The position numbers were made by a program, and so were the translations under genes. Source: an uncultured OCS116 cluster bacterium (GTDB lineage Bacteria > Pseudomonadota > Alphaproteobacteria > Rhizobiales > TMED25). From it: a DNA stretch of 57,919 nt. The notes beneath the pieces were generated by a model. That model saw only the letters and a list, made by a program, of their open reading frames with translations. It ran no database searches and was not told the origin of the DNA. The stretch lies in the NCBI GenBank assembly GCA_902632055.1, contig CACPAS010000004.1:1-57919 (forward strand), given 5' to 3'. This document shows positions 42,668-51,616 of the stretch, piece by piece; positions within the stretch are counted from its first letter, which is position 1, and each line of letters opens with the position of its first letter.

Positions 42668-43564
42668 ATGAGATTAAAATTACAAATTATTACTCTTGTG
42701 TTTATTCTTCTTTACGCATCTAATGCCCAAGCGTACTTTGCGAAGATAACTTCAAACATTATTTATGCTGAAAAAATAAATCAGAATGGAGAGCTTGAAC
42801 AACTTAAATTAGATCTATACCAACCAAAAACTGATGCAAAAAATAAAATTATTTATCTTATGCACGGTGGTGGATTTCTTCATGGTGAAAAAGAAGATTT
42901 TATTAAATATTCTAACTATCTGGTTAAACAGGGTTTTACAGTGTGTAATCTAAATTACAGACTTATACCTGATGAATATCATGAGCAGCTCAATTACGAT
43001 ATTTACGCAACATCATTAGTATTTGCTATGGATGATTTGGATAGTGCAATTCGTTATATTCATGACTCTAACAATTATAATATTGATAATCATGAAATTA
43101 TTGTTGGCGGTTTTTCAGCAGGCGCATTAACCTCACTTCATTATGCATATATAAATTCAGTTGATGATTTGTTTTTGCTTTCAGAGAGCGATATATTCAC
43201 AAATCTTTCCAAGGAGAAACAATCATTCATGTCAAAATTTACAGAAAAAAAATATGAAATCAGTAAGGTAATCAATATTGCAGGATCATTACTATCACCG
43301 TATCTAATTCATGAAGGTGAACCCTCTATCATCAGTGTTCATTCAGTTGGGGATGAGGTAGTTCCTTATGAGTCGGGTGACACAGATGGTACAGGTATAA
43401 TTAGCTATGGGTCAAAAGTTATACATAAAACAGCAAGCAATTTATCAATTATGAATAAATTGATAACTATAAGTGACGATGATCATGGCTCATTTGGTAA
43501 CGGCATAGAAAGTGAGAATTGTCATAATTGCCGTACAATTATCGATGAATTCTTATCACAATAA
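42668..43564 (+). CDS. Secreted alpha/beta hydrolase (esterase)
   Basis: Signal peptide (AQA), LDLYQP, HGGGF, GFSAG, D-x2-VP, late H. Confidence 0.85.
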   Translation: MRLKLQIITLVFILLYASNAQAYFAKITSNIIYAEKINQNGELEQLKLDLYQPKTDAKNKIIYLMHGGGFLHGEKEDFIKYSNYLVKQGFTVCNLNYRLIPDEYHEQLNYDIYATSLVFAMDDLDSAIRYIHDSNNYNIDNHEIIVGGFSAGALTSLHYAYINSVDDLFLLSESDIFTNLSKEKQSFMSKFTEKKYEISKVINIAGSLLSPYLIHEGEPSIISVHSVGDEVVPYESGDTDGTGIISYGSKVIHKTASNLSIMNKLITISDDDHGSFGNGIESENCHNCRTIIDEFLSQ

Positions 43565-43579
43565 GACCACAATAAATAA

Positions 43580-44011
43580 TTATCTTATTTTAAAGATAGC
43601 GTCAGCTTCAACAAGTGATCCTAACGGCAAACTTTTAATGCCAATTGTTGTTCTTGTGTGATTTTGAGCTGGCTGCAAAAAATCATTTATCATATCTGAA
43701 CCAATATTTGAGATAAGAGCGTGCTCAAAGAATCCATCAGGTGGCACAAGATATGCTGTTAGTTTAACGCATGACTCAATCCTATTTCTATTACCATTCA
43801 CCGCAGACATGACATGCGATAAAATATTCAGTGTAATGATTTCCATTTGTAGCTGCGCAATTTCTATAAAACTATTATTTCCAGCTTCAGTGACAAGCTG
43901 GCCATCTCTAATTGGTAATTGACCTGAAACATAAACAAGATCACCATCAATGTGGAATGGTGCATAATTACCATTGGCAGGTACAGGTTCAGGGAGATTA
44001 AATTTATCCAT
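43580..44011 (-). CDS. RidA/YjgF family protein
   Basis: NY-x-P, YVSGQLP, HTR-x2-IG-x3-LP, VE-x-D. Confidence 0.85.
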   Translation of the reverse strand: MDKFNLPEPVPANGNYAPFHIDGDLVYVSGQLPIRDGQLVTEAGNNSFIEIAQLQMEIITLNILSHVMSAVNGNRNRIESCVKLTAYLVPPDGFFEHALISNIGSDMINDFLQPAQNHTRTTIGIKSLPLGSLVEADAIFKIR

Positions 44012-44021
44012 ATTTGTATGC

Positions 44022-45467
44022 CTATAGAATTGTTTTATGTGTAATAAATTTTGTATTCATATACCCTTCAATACCCTCTTGCCCACCTTCTGAACCATAG
44101 CCAGAGTCTTTGACCCCACCAAATGGTGTTTCAATAAGGGCAATTCCGTGGTGATTGATTGATACCATACCACTTTCGATTTGCGATCCAAGTTTTTCAG
44201 CTGTCTCTGCAGAAGATGTGTATGCATAAGACGCAAGACCGTAGTCAAGACGATTGGCCTCTTCTATTGCACTGTCAAAGTCACTGAATGGCGTCATAGG
44301 TGCAACTGGCCCAAATGGTTCTTCATTCATCATTCGCGCATCCAAAGGGACATCCGTGAGAACTGTAGGTTCAAAAAAATAACCTTCATTACCTATTCTA
44401 CTACCTCCAGTTTTTATCTTAGCACCTTTACTTACTGCATCACTTACAAACCCCTCAATTGCTTCTACTCTTCGATCATGGGCAAGCGGACCCATTGTTG
44501 TGGCTGGATCCAAACCATTACCAATTTTTATTTTTTTAGACATATCAGTAAAACGATCTACAAACTCATCATATAGGTTTTCATGAATTAAAAATCTTGT
44601 TGGTGATACACATACTTGTCCTGCGTTGCGGTATTTATTCTCAACAAGAACATTTAATGCAACATCTAAATTCGCATCCTCACAAACTATAGCAGGAGCG
44701 TGACCACCTAACTCCATGGTTACTTTCTTCATGTGGGCACCAGCAATTGATGCTAATTGCTTGCCAACAGCAGTCGAGCCAGTAAAGGTTGCTTTTTTGA
44801 TTATTGGATTGGAAATTAAATACTCTGAAATTTCAGAAGGTGTTCCATAGACAAGATTTACAACACCATCAGGAATACCGGCATCAGCAAAACACTTTAC
44901 AAGTGCAGCCGTACTTGCAGGTGTTTCTTCCGCACCTTTCAATATTATAGAACAACCAGCGGCTAGAGCAGATGATATTTTTCGTACACCTTGGTTTATG
45001 GGAAAATTCCATGGTGTAAATCCTGCAACAGGTCCAACAGGTTCTTTTGTCACAATTTGATGCACTCCCTCTGCTCGTGCTGGTATGACCCTACCATAGG
45101 CTCTTCGACCTTCTTCAGCAAACCAATCAATAATATCTACTGCTAATGCAATTTCTGACTTTGATTGTTGCAATGGCTTACCTTGTTCCTGTGTTAAAAC
45201 CGGTGCAATTTCGTTAACTCTCTCTTTTAGAAGGCTTGCCACATTTCGCATCATCTTATATCTACTAAATGGAGAAGTTTTTCTCCAAACTTCAAATCCA
45301 GATTGCGCCGCTTCAAGTGCTAAGTCAAGATCAGCAGTTCTGGCGTGAGCCACTTTACCTATTGGCTGTCCCGTCGCCGGGTTTATAACATCAATAGTTT
45401 CACCACCAACAGCTGTAACCCAATTCCCTGCAATGTGTAGATTTGTATTTGGATAATTTTCAGTCAT
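44022..45467 (-). CDS. NAD(P)-dependent semialdehyde dehydrogenase (SSADH / alpha-ketoglutaric semialdehyde dehydrogenase type I-like)
   Basis: TPWNFP, FTGST, ELGGHAP, NAGQVC, EEPFGP, PFGGVKDSG. From memory, the N-terminus resembles Azospirillum AraE. Confidence 0.88.
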   Translation of the reverse strand: MTENYPNTNLHIAGNWVTAVGGETIDVINPATGQPIGKVAHARTADLDLALEAAQSGFEVWRKTSPFSRYKMMRNVASLLKERVNEIAPVLTQEQGKPLQQSKSEIALAVDIIDWFAEEGRRAYGRVIPARAEGVHQIVTKEPVGPVAGFTPWNFPINQGVRKISSALAAGCSIILKGAEETPASTAALVKCFADAGIPDGVVNLVYGTPSEISEYLISNPIIKKATFTGSTAVGKQLASIAGAHMKKVTMELGGHAPAIVCEDANLDVALNVLVENKYRNAGQVCVSPTRFLIHENLYDEFVDRFTDMSKKIKIGNGLDPATTMGPLAHDRRVEAIEGFVSDAVSKGAKIKTGGSRIGNEGYFFEPTVLTDVPLDARMMNEEPFGPVAPMTPFSDFDSAIEEANRLDYGLASYAYTSSAETAEKLGSQIESGMVSINHHGIALIETPFGGVKDSGYGSEGGQEGIEGYMNTKFITHKTIL

Positions 45468-45636
45468 TTCATATTCCTTTTATTGGCATAGTACATTTAT
45501 AATATAGATACTTGGTTAGCTTTAGCAAGTCTATAAATGTTCAAATTTCATATCATTTATGAAAAAATACGTTAATCATTATTTTAACAGTTAGGTTTAT
45601 AATATTAATTTATGTTATTATTACATGTTGCATATT

Positions 45637-46257
45637 ATGCCGAGTAAAACCAAAAAAATTATGATAATATTTGGCCATCATGATACAGAGCAATCCTTCA
45701 ATTCAGCTATAAGGGATACATTTATTGAAGAGGCCTCAAGGATCGGTCATACAATTGATCTTGTGAATCTCTTCGAAGAGAAGGAACAGCTCCCATTCTA
45801 TACGACTAAGATTAACCCACCACCAAAAATAGTTCTCGAATATAGAAGACGACTTGAAAATTGTGATATTATGTTTCTAATTGGCTCTTGTCATAACCTT
45901 AGATTAAATTCAATCCTAGAAAACTGGGTAGATTGGGTCCTGCATCCAAAGTGGTTTTTTAGTTATAGGACTATGTTCCCTGGGAGTAAGTATTTTAAGA
46001 ATTATGGATATCCAGTTCCTGGAGCTCTGAAGGGTAAAACTGGGATTGTATCAATCACATATGGTGGTCCAATGATAACATATTTTAATTTCTCGATTTT
46101 TGACAACATACCCTACAGACGTATAAAGAAGTCTGTATTTAAACTTGGCGGATTAAGAACGAAATACCTCAGATTTTATTCAATCTTACCTAATTTAAGT
46201 ACAGAAAAGTTTGAGAAACACATGTCACGAGTTAGAAATTTGGCAAGATCCCTCTAA
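45637..46257 (+). CDS. Flavodoxin-fold NAD(P)H oxidoreductase (MdaB/KefF-like)
   Basis: I-x2-GH...SFN, W-x-DWV, LKGK, TYGG; start uncertain (45625 or 45637). Confidence 0.7.
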   Translation: MPSKTKKIMIIFGHHDTEQSFNSAIRDTFIEEASRIGHTIDLVNLFEEKEQLPFYTTKINPPPKIVLEYRRRLENCDIMFLIGSCHNLRLNSILENWVDWVLHPKWFFSYRTMFPGSKYFKNYGYPVPGALKGKTGIVSITYGGPMITYFNFSIFDNIPYRRIKKSVFKLGGLRTKYLRFYSILPNLSTEKFEKHMSRVRNLARSL

Positions 46258-46258
46258 T

Positions 46259-46699
46259 ATGAAATATGATCACGCATTAAAATTAAGGAGAGAGAAAATT
46301 ATTAAAAAAATTACAGAATTCGCAATATCTCACTGGCTATTAAGAATTCCTCTGGTAATTGTATTTATTCAACAAGGATTAGCAAAATTTCCAGCAAATA
46401 TAGATGATGCACAAGTATATGAATTACCGTACCTAGTCTGGTGGTTTGTTGTCCAAGGAGAGCTTGGTTCAGGCTTAGGATTACTCGTGGGGGGCTTGTT
46501 TCTTTTTTTTAACGAAAAGTTTTCTTGGTTAGGTGATCTAATCACAAGGTTTAGTGGATTTACAATTGGTTCGATCATGACTGGTGTTATCTGGATTGGG
46601 CAACCAGACTCTCTCACTGATGTGCTTCTTTACGATAACTTCCACGTTATATTATGGTTTGGTGGTTTATATTTTGCAATGCGAGGTAACAGGATATAA
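46259..46699 (+). CDS. DoxX family membrane protein
   Basis: WLLR...F-x3-G-x2-K, E-x3-G, about 4 TM helices; start uncertain (see finding). Confidence 0.65.
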   Translation: MKYDHALKLRREKIIKKITEFAISHWLLRIPLVIVFIQQGLAKFPANIDDAQVYELPYLVWWFVVQGELGSGLGLLVGGLFLFFNEKFSWLGDLITRFSGFTIGSIMTGVIWIGQPDSLTDVLLYDNFHVILWFGGLYFAMRGNRI

Positions 46700-46714
46700 A
46701 TCAACTCCAAATTA

Positions 46715-47368
46715 CTATATTTTGCGGGACTCAAACTCATTTATCTTCCTAAGCTGCTCGTGTCTGTAAATGCCATGTAATTTATAAACAAAAATGCCGA
46801 GCACGATAACATATAAGATGAGTATGAGAAAATTAACACCAGCGATGTAGTTGTAGCAGCCGTGAACTATTATTGGAATTGAGAGAGAGTAAATAATATA
46901 TTTCTCCCCGCCTCTAAACACATATAATCCAAAATAAAATCCCATTATTATCCCACACCCCGCGTGTAATGGAATAGCGGTAAATGCCCTTATGAGCGCT
47001 AAAGTACTTGCCTGCATCCCAAAATACTCAGCACTATAGACATAATTAAAATTCTCTAAAGTAGCAAAACCAAGTGATATTAATGTACCGTAAACAATAG
47101 CGTCCATGGGCTCATTAAAATCAATCTTATTTCTAAGGAATAGATATAAGGCAGTGAATTTAAGAGATTCCTCGGTAAGGCCCGCAAGGTATGTCATATC
47201 AGTCTCCCCAATGAGTATAGTATTAATGATGCCGGCCGGGATGCATAAAAATACACCAAGGAGAAATGTACGCCTTATCATATTCATTGGTTCTGGGAAC
47301 CTATCAGATTTGATGATGTAATAAAGAATAAGAAAAGGAGGTAATATCGTAAGAGTAATGAGTATCAT
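46715..47368 (-). CDS. PrsW family intramembrane protease
   Basis: D-x2-PEP, GLTEESLK, D-x2-VYG...GFATLEN, H-x3-G, HG-x-YN. Confidence 0.88.
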   Translation of the reverse strand: MILITLTILPPFLILYYIIKSDRFPEPMNMIRRTFLLGVFLCIPAGIINTILIGETDMTYLAGLTEESLKFTALYLFLRNKIDFNEPMDAIVYGTLISLGFATLENFNYVYSAEYFGMQASTLALIRAFTAIPLHAGCGIIMGFYFGLYVFRGGEKYIIYSLSIPIIVHGCYNYIAGVNFLILILYVIVLGIFVYKLHGIYRHEQLRKINEFESRKI

Positions 47369-47375
47369 AATTAAG

Positions 47376-47573
47376 TTATTTCATTAGATTAATGATTATC
47401 GTTAAGACGATACTTATTATAATACAGGTTACAACAGGAAAGTAGAATGAAGAATTACCGAATTTGAAAAATAAATCACCAGGCAATCTGCCAAATCCTA
47501 TCTTTTTTAAAAAAGGATAAACTAGCGCAGCAGCAATAAAAATAAGACCTATTATTAATAAAATCTTCTGCAT
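47376..47573 (-). CDS. DUF2905 family small membrane protein
   Basis: GRLPGD...FYFP-x2-TC-x3-S signature. Confidence 0.85.
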   Translation of the reverse strand: MQKILLIIGLIFIAAALVYPFLKKIGFGRLPGDLFFKFGNSSFYFPVVTCIIISIVLTIIINLMK

Positions 47574-47592
47574 TTTTTACAGTGAATTGATG

Positions 47593-47727
47593 CTAATCAT
47601 CTTCTGTTTCTAATATTTTTTGGTGTCGATCAACAGTTTGCTCTAATACATATAGTTTATTCCATAACCATAAGTTCATAAGTATTAATCCAAAAATAAT
47701 TACGGTGCCAAAATTGCTAAATTCCAT
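47593..47727 (-). CDS. 44-aa single-TM small protein (not in ORF track)
   Basis: MEFSNFGTVIIFGLILMNLWLWNKLYVLEQTVDRHQKILETEDD*, with RBS AGGAGGG just upstream; fills the gap between co-directional genes. Confidence 0.7.
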   Translation of the reverse strand: MEFSNFGTVIIFGLILMNLWLWNKLYVLEQTVDRHQKILETEDD

Positions 47728-47741
47728 AATACCCTCCTAAG

Positions 47742-47957
47742 CTATTTTTGAAATTTACTATGAATATAAAGAGCAACTTTTTTCCAATACCTCAATGAAA
47801 AAAAAGTGAATACAAAAGCGAGCCAAAAAACAGAATCCATTAGTTGGTTAAGTCCTTCTTCTGCAGAAAAATCTACTGTGAAATACATTACAATAAGGCC
47901 AACTAAAACAGAAATAATAATATGTACAATAGTTGACTCAGTTTTTACATTATCCAT
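47742..47957 (-). CDS. Small two-TM hypothetical protein
   Basis: 71 aa, two hydrophobic helices, ATG start, co-directional with neighbours. Confidence 0.6.
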   Translation of the reverse strand: MDNVKTESTIVHIIISVLVGLIVMYFTVDFSAEEGLNQLMDSVFWLAFVFTFFSLRYWKKVALYIHSKFQK

Positions 47958-48064
47958 ATGACATATATAATAACTTATTATAAATTTACATTATAATTAT
48001 CATGCTATACGATTATTTTGTTTTGAAAATTAACAATAGCTAAATAGTTAACCAAGATCCACTC

Positions 48065-48583
48065 ATGAAGTATAAATATACAAACACTATAATTACAATC
48101 ATATTCTCCGTTATTCTAGCAAATATATATGTCGTAAAGCCAGCTAGTGCCACAAACATTGTATTAGATGGATATATACTACAAATGGATAAATCACAGG
48201 GATTTAATGACATTCTAATAGGTGCAAATTGGGATGTAATTGTAGAAAACTGTGAAATTATAGAACCGATTGAAGATATCGATAATTTTATGGATTGGTT
48301 TCCCTGCTATGGTGATGATGACCATTGGTATCAAATTGTGATGATTAACGGTCAGATCTCTGCGGTTGGATTAGAGCTAGGTATTCTTGATGGTAAAAAA
48401 CTTCAAACTTTAAAAGACAGTATAGTCACTATTCACGGCGATAATAATATCTATCCTTATGAAGAAAATACATTCATTCTTAAAAATGGAAATATTGTGA
48501 TAAATGGCCTCGAAGATGGATATTATCTATTATATTACCTTGATGATGCAAGTGCCGAAGAAATAATGAAAGAGATAAAATAA
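48065..48583 (+). CDS. Exported hypothetical protein
   Basis: Signal peptide ending ASA, acidic mature region; no family recognised. Confidence 0.65.
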   Translation: MKYKYTNTIITIIFSVILANIYVVKPASATNIVLDGYILQMDKSQGFNDILIGANWDVIVENCEIIEPIEDIDNFMDWFPCYGDDDHWYQIVMINGQISAVGLELGILDGKKLQTLKDSIVTIHGDNNIYPYEENTFILKNGNIVINGLEDGYYLLYYLDDASAEEIMKEIK

Positions 48584-48598
48584 ATTTCTTTTAAAGCG

Positions 48599-48973
48599 CT
48601 AATATAAACTACAATCAAAGGTATACATAAATACTTCAAGGGCAGCGCTAAAAGCAGATTTATTATACTTATAAGACTCTGTGTTATATACCGCAGGTCC
48701 AGTAAAGATATCTGATAATTGTGTTCTTGTTGTTCCATCCGGAATACAACTTGGATCGAGCTCATAAATGACATCCGCATAACCCTGCATCAGGCCATTA
48801 CAAAAATTTATCCAATCCATATCTGCACGTGTACAAACATCAATGGCATCATATGTGCTGATATATGTTGCCGACTTTGTGTTATCAGCGAAAAGATGAA
48901 AAAAAATCATCACAATTAAGAATATTGAGGTTTTTACAATTAGATTTATGCGTCGCATATTCTTAGTATTCAT
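48599..48973 (-). CDS. Rap1a/Tai-like periplasmic protein
   Basis: Signal peptide, C-x10-C-x-G-x3-G-x2-D...C-x-P-x3-T-x2-Q...A-x3-AL...F-x-C pattern. Confidence 0.7.
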   Translation of the reverse strand: MNTKNMRRINLIVKTSIFLIVMIFFHLFADNTKSATYISTYDAIDVCTRADMDWINFCNGLMQGYADVIYELDPSCIPDGTTRTQLSDIFTGPAVYNTESYKYNKSAFSAALEVFMYTFDCSLY

Positions 48974-49583
48974 TCATCAAGCATTTGCCCTGGGCGCGTT
49001 GAAAATCAGTACTTGATATGTAGGAACGGTACGAGCTGTCATATGTAAGCTTTTCAGAATCAGAATAGAGAGATATTTTAGTTGGCGGAAATCCAACATC
49101 AACATAACAAAATTTATGGTAAGGCTTATCATATTCATTTTTTTTAAATACATTTCCAGTGTGTACCGTCTGCTCAATATTTTTTGTATCAATAAAGGTT
49201 TGACTGCTAAAGATATAATAATCTTTTTTTACCTGGTCCTTTGATCCTGTTGTCACGTTATTAGTATCATTAAAATCTCTATTACTTTCGATCTCTTTAA
49301 ACGGCACTTTGGGGCTATTTTCCATGATCACCCTCTCTTCAACAATAACTTTTTCGATAACCTTTTCGCTCTTATAAATATGGTACGCATAAGCTGCTAA
49401 AAGTAGGAATACACCCAAGCAAACTATAAAAATTGATAAGCTCATGAGCCCCATTCTGATATATGCAGCCCTTATTTTACTACGAAAACTCTGAGCAAAT
49501 TTTTTTTCATCGTCAATAAATTGATTTACTGCAGAGAAATCATTAATCTCATAGCTATCTCTTGTATCTGTTGTTTCAACCAT
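48963..49583 (-). CDS. Single-pass membrane hypothetical protein
   Basis: One TM, then EKVIEKVIVEERV and a soluble domain with two Cys; overlaps both neighbours. Confidence 0.7.
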   Translation of the reverse strand: MVETTDTRDSYEINDFSAVNQFIDDEKKFAQSFRSKIRAAYIRMGLMSLSIFIVCLGVFLLLAAYAYHIYKSEKVIEKVIVEERVIMENSPKVPFKEIESNRDFNDTNNVTTGSKDQVKKDYYIFSSQTFIDTKNIEQTVHTGNVFKKNEYDKPYHKFCYVDVGFPPTKISLYSDSEKLTYDSSYRSYISSTDFQRAQGKCLMNEY

Positions 49584-51411
49584 TTTTCTTAGGGTCTTTC
49601 ACAACTTTTTTTATAAATCCATCTTCATGCAAGATATCTCTTATCGTGGGAACAGGAACATGGACAATCTCTTTTTTAATGATTTCTTTCGGAACTTCTT
49701 TTATTACAACTTTCTCTTCTGTTACAATTTTTGGAACTTCTACAATTTTTTCAACCTCTTTTTCAACAAACTTTGTACGTGGCTTAGAGGCATATCTGAG
49801 TGTTTTAATAAATAGTGATCTTATAGGTTTACGCCTCCTGCGATCCCTACTGTCTGCTGTGCGCAGAATTTCTGAACCTACAGCCACAGCTGAGCCAGCT
49901 ATCGCAACGATCCCTGCAATCATACCAAACCAAATATTTTCAGTAGTCTTTCGGCATTCTGGAGTTACATCACCGGCAGTTTCAGCACCGTCGCATACGT
50001 CTAGGAAACTAAAATGGGTTGCTAATAAGTAGACTAGTTTCGTACTTGTTTTGGTTTCTTTCTCAGCTTTAAGGTCATTAATGGCCTCTTTAATATTGTT
50101 TATATCTAGTTTCTTATCTTCTATTTGAAGTTGTTTATCTTCAAATTCTGCTAATTTATTATCATAAGAATTTTTTGCGAATTCTCTCTCTGACTGATTT
50201 TTAGCTTGTATTTCTTTTATATCTTCATCAATTTGAGAAATTCTAATATCAAGCTCTTCTGAAGATTGTCTCTTTATTTGTGAAATATCATCTTTCTTTT
50301 GTGCAATAAGCTGAGATATCTGCGTAATATCATCCGCAAATTTTTGTTCTGTTTGAATAATTTTTTCGTCTCTTTCACTCTCTACGAGTTCAATTTCATC
50401 CTTGGTTGCATTTCTGATTGGTTCTTTTTGCGCCTCATATTCCTCTATTTTTTCATTTGCGTCAGCTATTTCTCTTCTATTAACCCTTTTATCACCCTGG
50501 AATGCCTTTGCATTACCCAAGATCTCCTGGTTAAAATCCCTTCTCTCTCTTTCAAGGGCAATATTATTATCAATAGTTTCAATATCCTTATCTGCCCTTT
50601 CGTTAATTGTAGCAATCTTTATAGCTGCGTTTTCACTAATTTTATTAATTTCAGTTGTTTCATCACTTTTTAATTCAGCTAATCTTAATTCTAGATCTTT
50701 GAGTTCGCCTCTTTCTATTTCAGATGATCTTGTTTTTTGTATTTCAATTTCATCTTTGCGAATTTTTAATTGTGAGAGCTGTATGTCTTCATTATCGTTA
50801 ATATTTTTAATTTCAAGTTGGTAAGTGCTATCGATACTCACTTTTGTTAATGATTCAAGGTCGACAAGTTTTGCCTTGGCAAGCTCAAGTTCATCATTCT
50901 TAATACCTATATTTGTATCGAGAATTTGAATATTTGTATCACGAAGCGATGATATTTTGATTTGGCCGATTGTCATTGATATAAAAGCAACAAGCATCAA
51001 AATCGCCACAATCATAGATCCGCTAATTTTCCATAGCGTACTATTACCTCTATAGATAGAGATAATTAGCGGCACTCTTGCGAGCTCCACCAGCGCTATA
51101 ATCGAATAAATAAGTATTATGAAATTATTTTGTAGAGTCGATAATTCTAGCTCTGATTGGCTCATAGCAATATCAGCTAAACCGGTCCGACCCTCTTTCA
51201 TAAGTAATATACCAAGATATACACCTAGGGTTGCAACTGCAATTTCGATAAGTATTGCAATAATCAGTAGAACCTTTGATGCTTTCTGGTTATCGTAGGT
51301 AAATAGCCTATAAATAAAACTAAATATTGTCCCAAAAAATAGACGCAAGTAATGGATTATATATTTTGCAGGCTTAAACTGACTATTTTTATCTTTTTCT
51401 ATTTCTGACAT
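49576..51411 (-). CDS. Multi-TM, long coiled-coil protein with C-terminal V/E/K/P repeats
   Basis: About 3-4 N-terminal TMs, roughly 290 aa of E/K/I-rich heptads, another TM, then VEKEVEKIVEVPK...KEVPKEIIKKEIVHVPVP. Confidence 0.8.
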   Translation of the reverse strand: MSEIEKDKNSQFKPAKYIIHYLRLFFGTIFSFIYRLFTYDNQKASKVLLIIAILIEIAVATLGVYLGILLMKEGRTGLADIAMSQSELELSTLQNNFIILIYSIIALVELARVPLIISIYRGNSTLWKISGSMIVAILMLVAFISMTIGQIKISSLRDTNIQILDTNIGIKNDELELAKAKLVDLESLTKVSIDSTYQLEIKNINDNEDIQLSQLKIRKDEIEIQKTRSSEIERGELKDLELRLAELKSDETTEINKISENAAIKIATINERADKDIETIDNNIALERERRDFNQEILGNAKAFQGDKRVNRREIADANEKIEEYEAQKEPIRNATKDEIELVESERDEKIIQTEQKFADDITQISQLIAQKKDDISQIKRQSSEELDIRISQIDEDIKEIQAKNQSEREFAKNSYDNKLAEFEDKQLQIEDKKLDINNIKEAINDLKAEKETKTSTKLVYLLATHFSFLDVCDGAETAGDVTPECRKTTENIWFGMIAGIVAIAGSAVAVGSEILRTADSRDRRRRKPIRSLFIKTLRYASKPRTKFVEKEVEKIVEVPKIVTEEKVVIKEVPKEIIKKEIVHVPVPTIRDILHEDGFIKKVVKDPKKNG

Positions 51412-51469
51412 AACAATCCTTAATCAGCAAAATTCTATCACCAAATGCACATTTTGTTAAATAAATTGA

Positions 51470-51559
51470 TTTTGTTCTATCATGCTATGGATTTTTAAGA
51501 AATAATACAGGATCGTTTTGCTCGATAATTTGCCCTTCATCCATGAATATAATTCCATC
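51470..51559 (-). pseudogene. Remnant of a polar amino-acid ABC ATPase (AapP/BztD/GlnQ-type) C-terminus
   Basis: Minus strand translates DGIIFMDEGQIIEQNDPVLFLKNP*HDRTK against the recalled family tail DRVIFMDxGQIxEQNxPxxFFxNPQHERTK. In-frame TAG at 51485-51487; rest of the gene absent. Confidence 0.75.
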
Positions 51560-51616
51560 AGTGGTATTGAAAATATTCTAATGAATATTTTATTTAGTTA
51601 AAAAAGGTTTTGATAA

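Noticed and set aside
45592-45620. Second dif-like string TAGGTTTATAA-TATTAAT-TTATGTTATTA
   Set aside because: Spacer is 7 bp and the XerC arm is poor; AT-rich promoter DNA.
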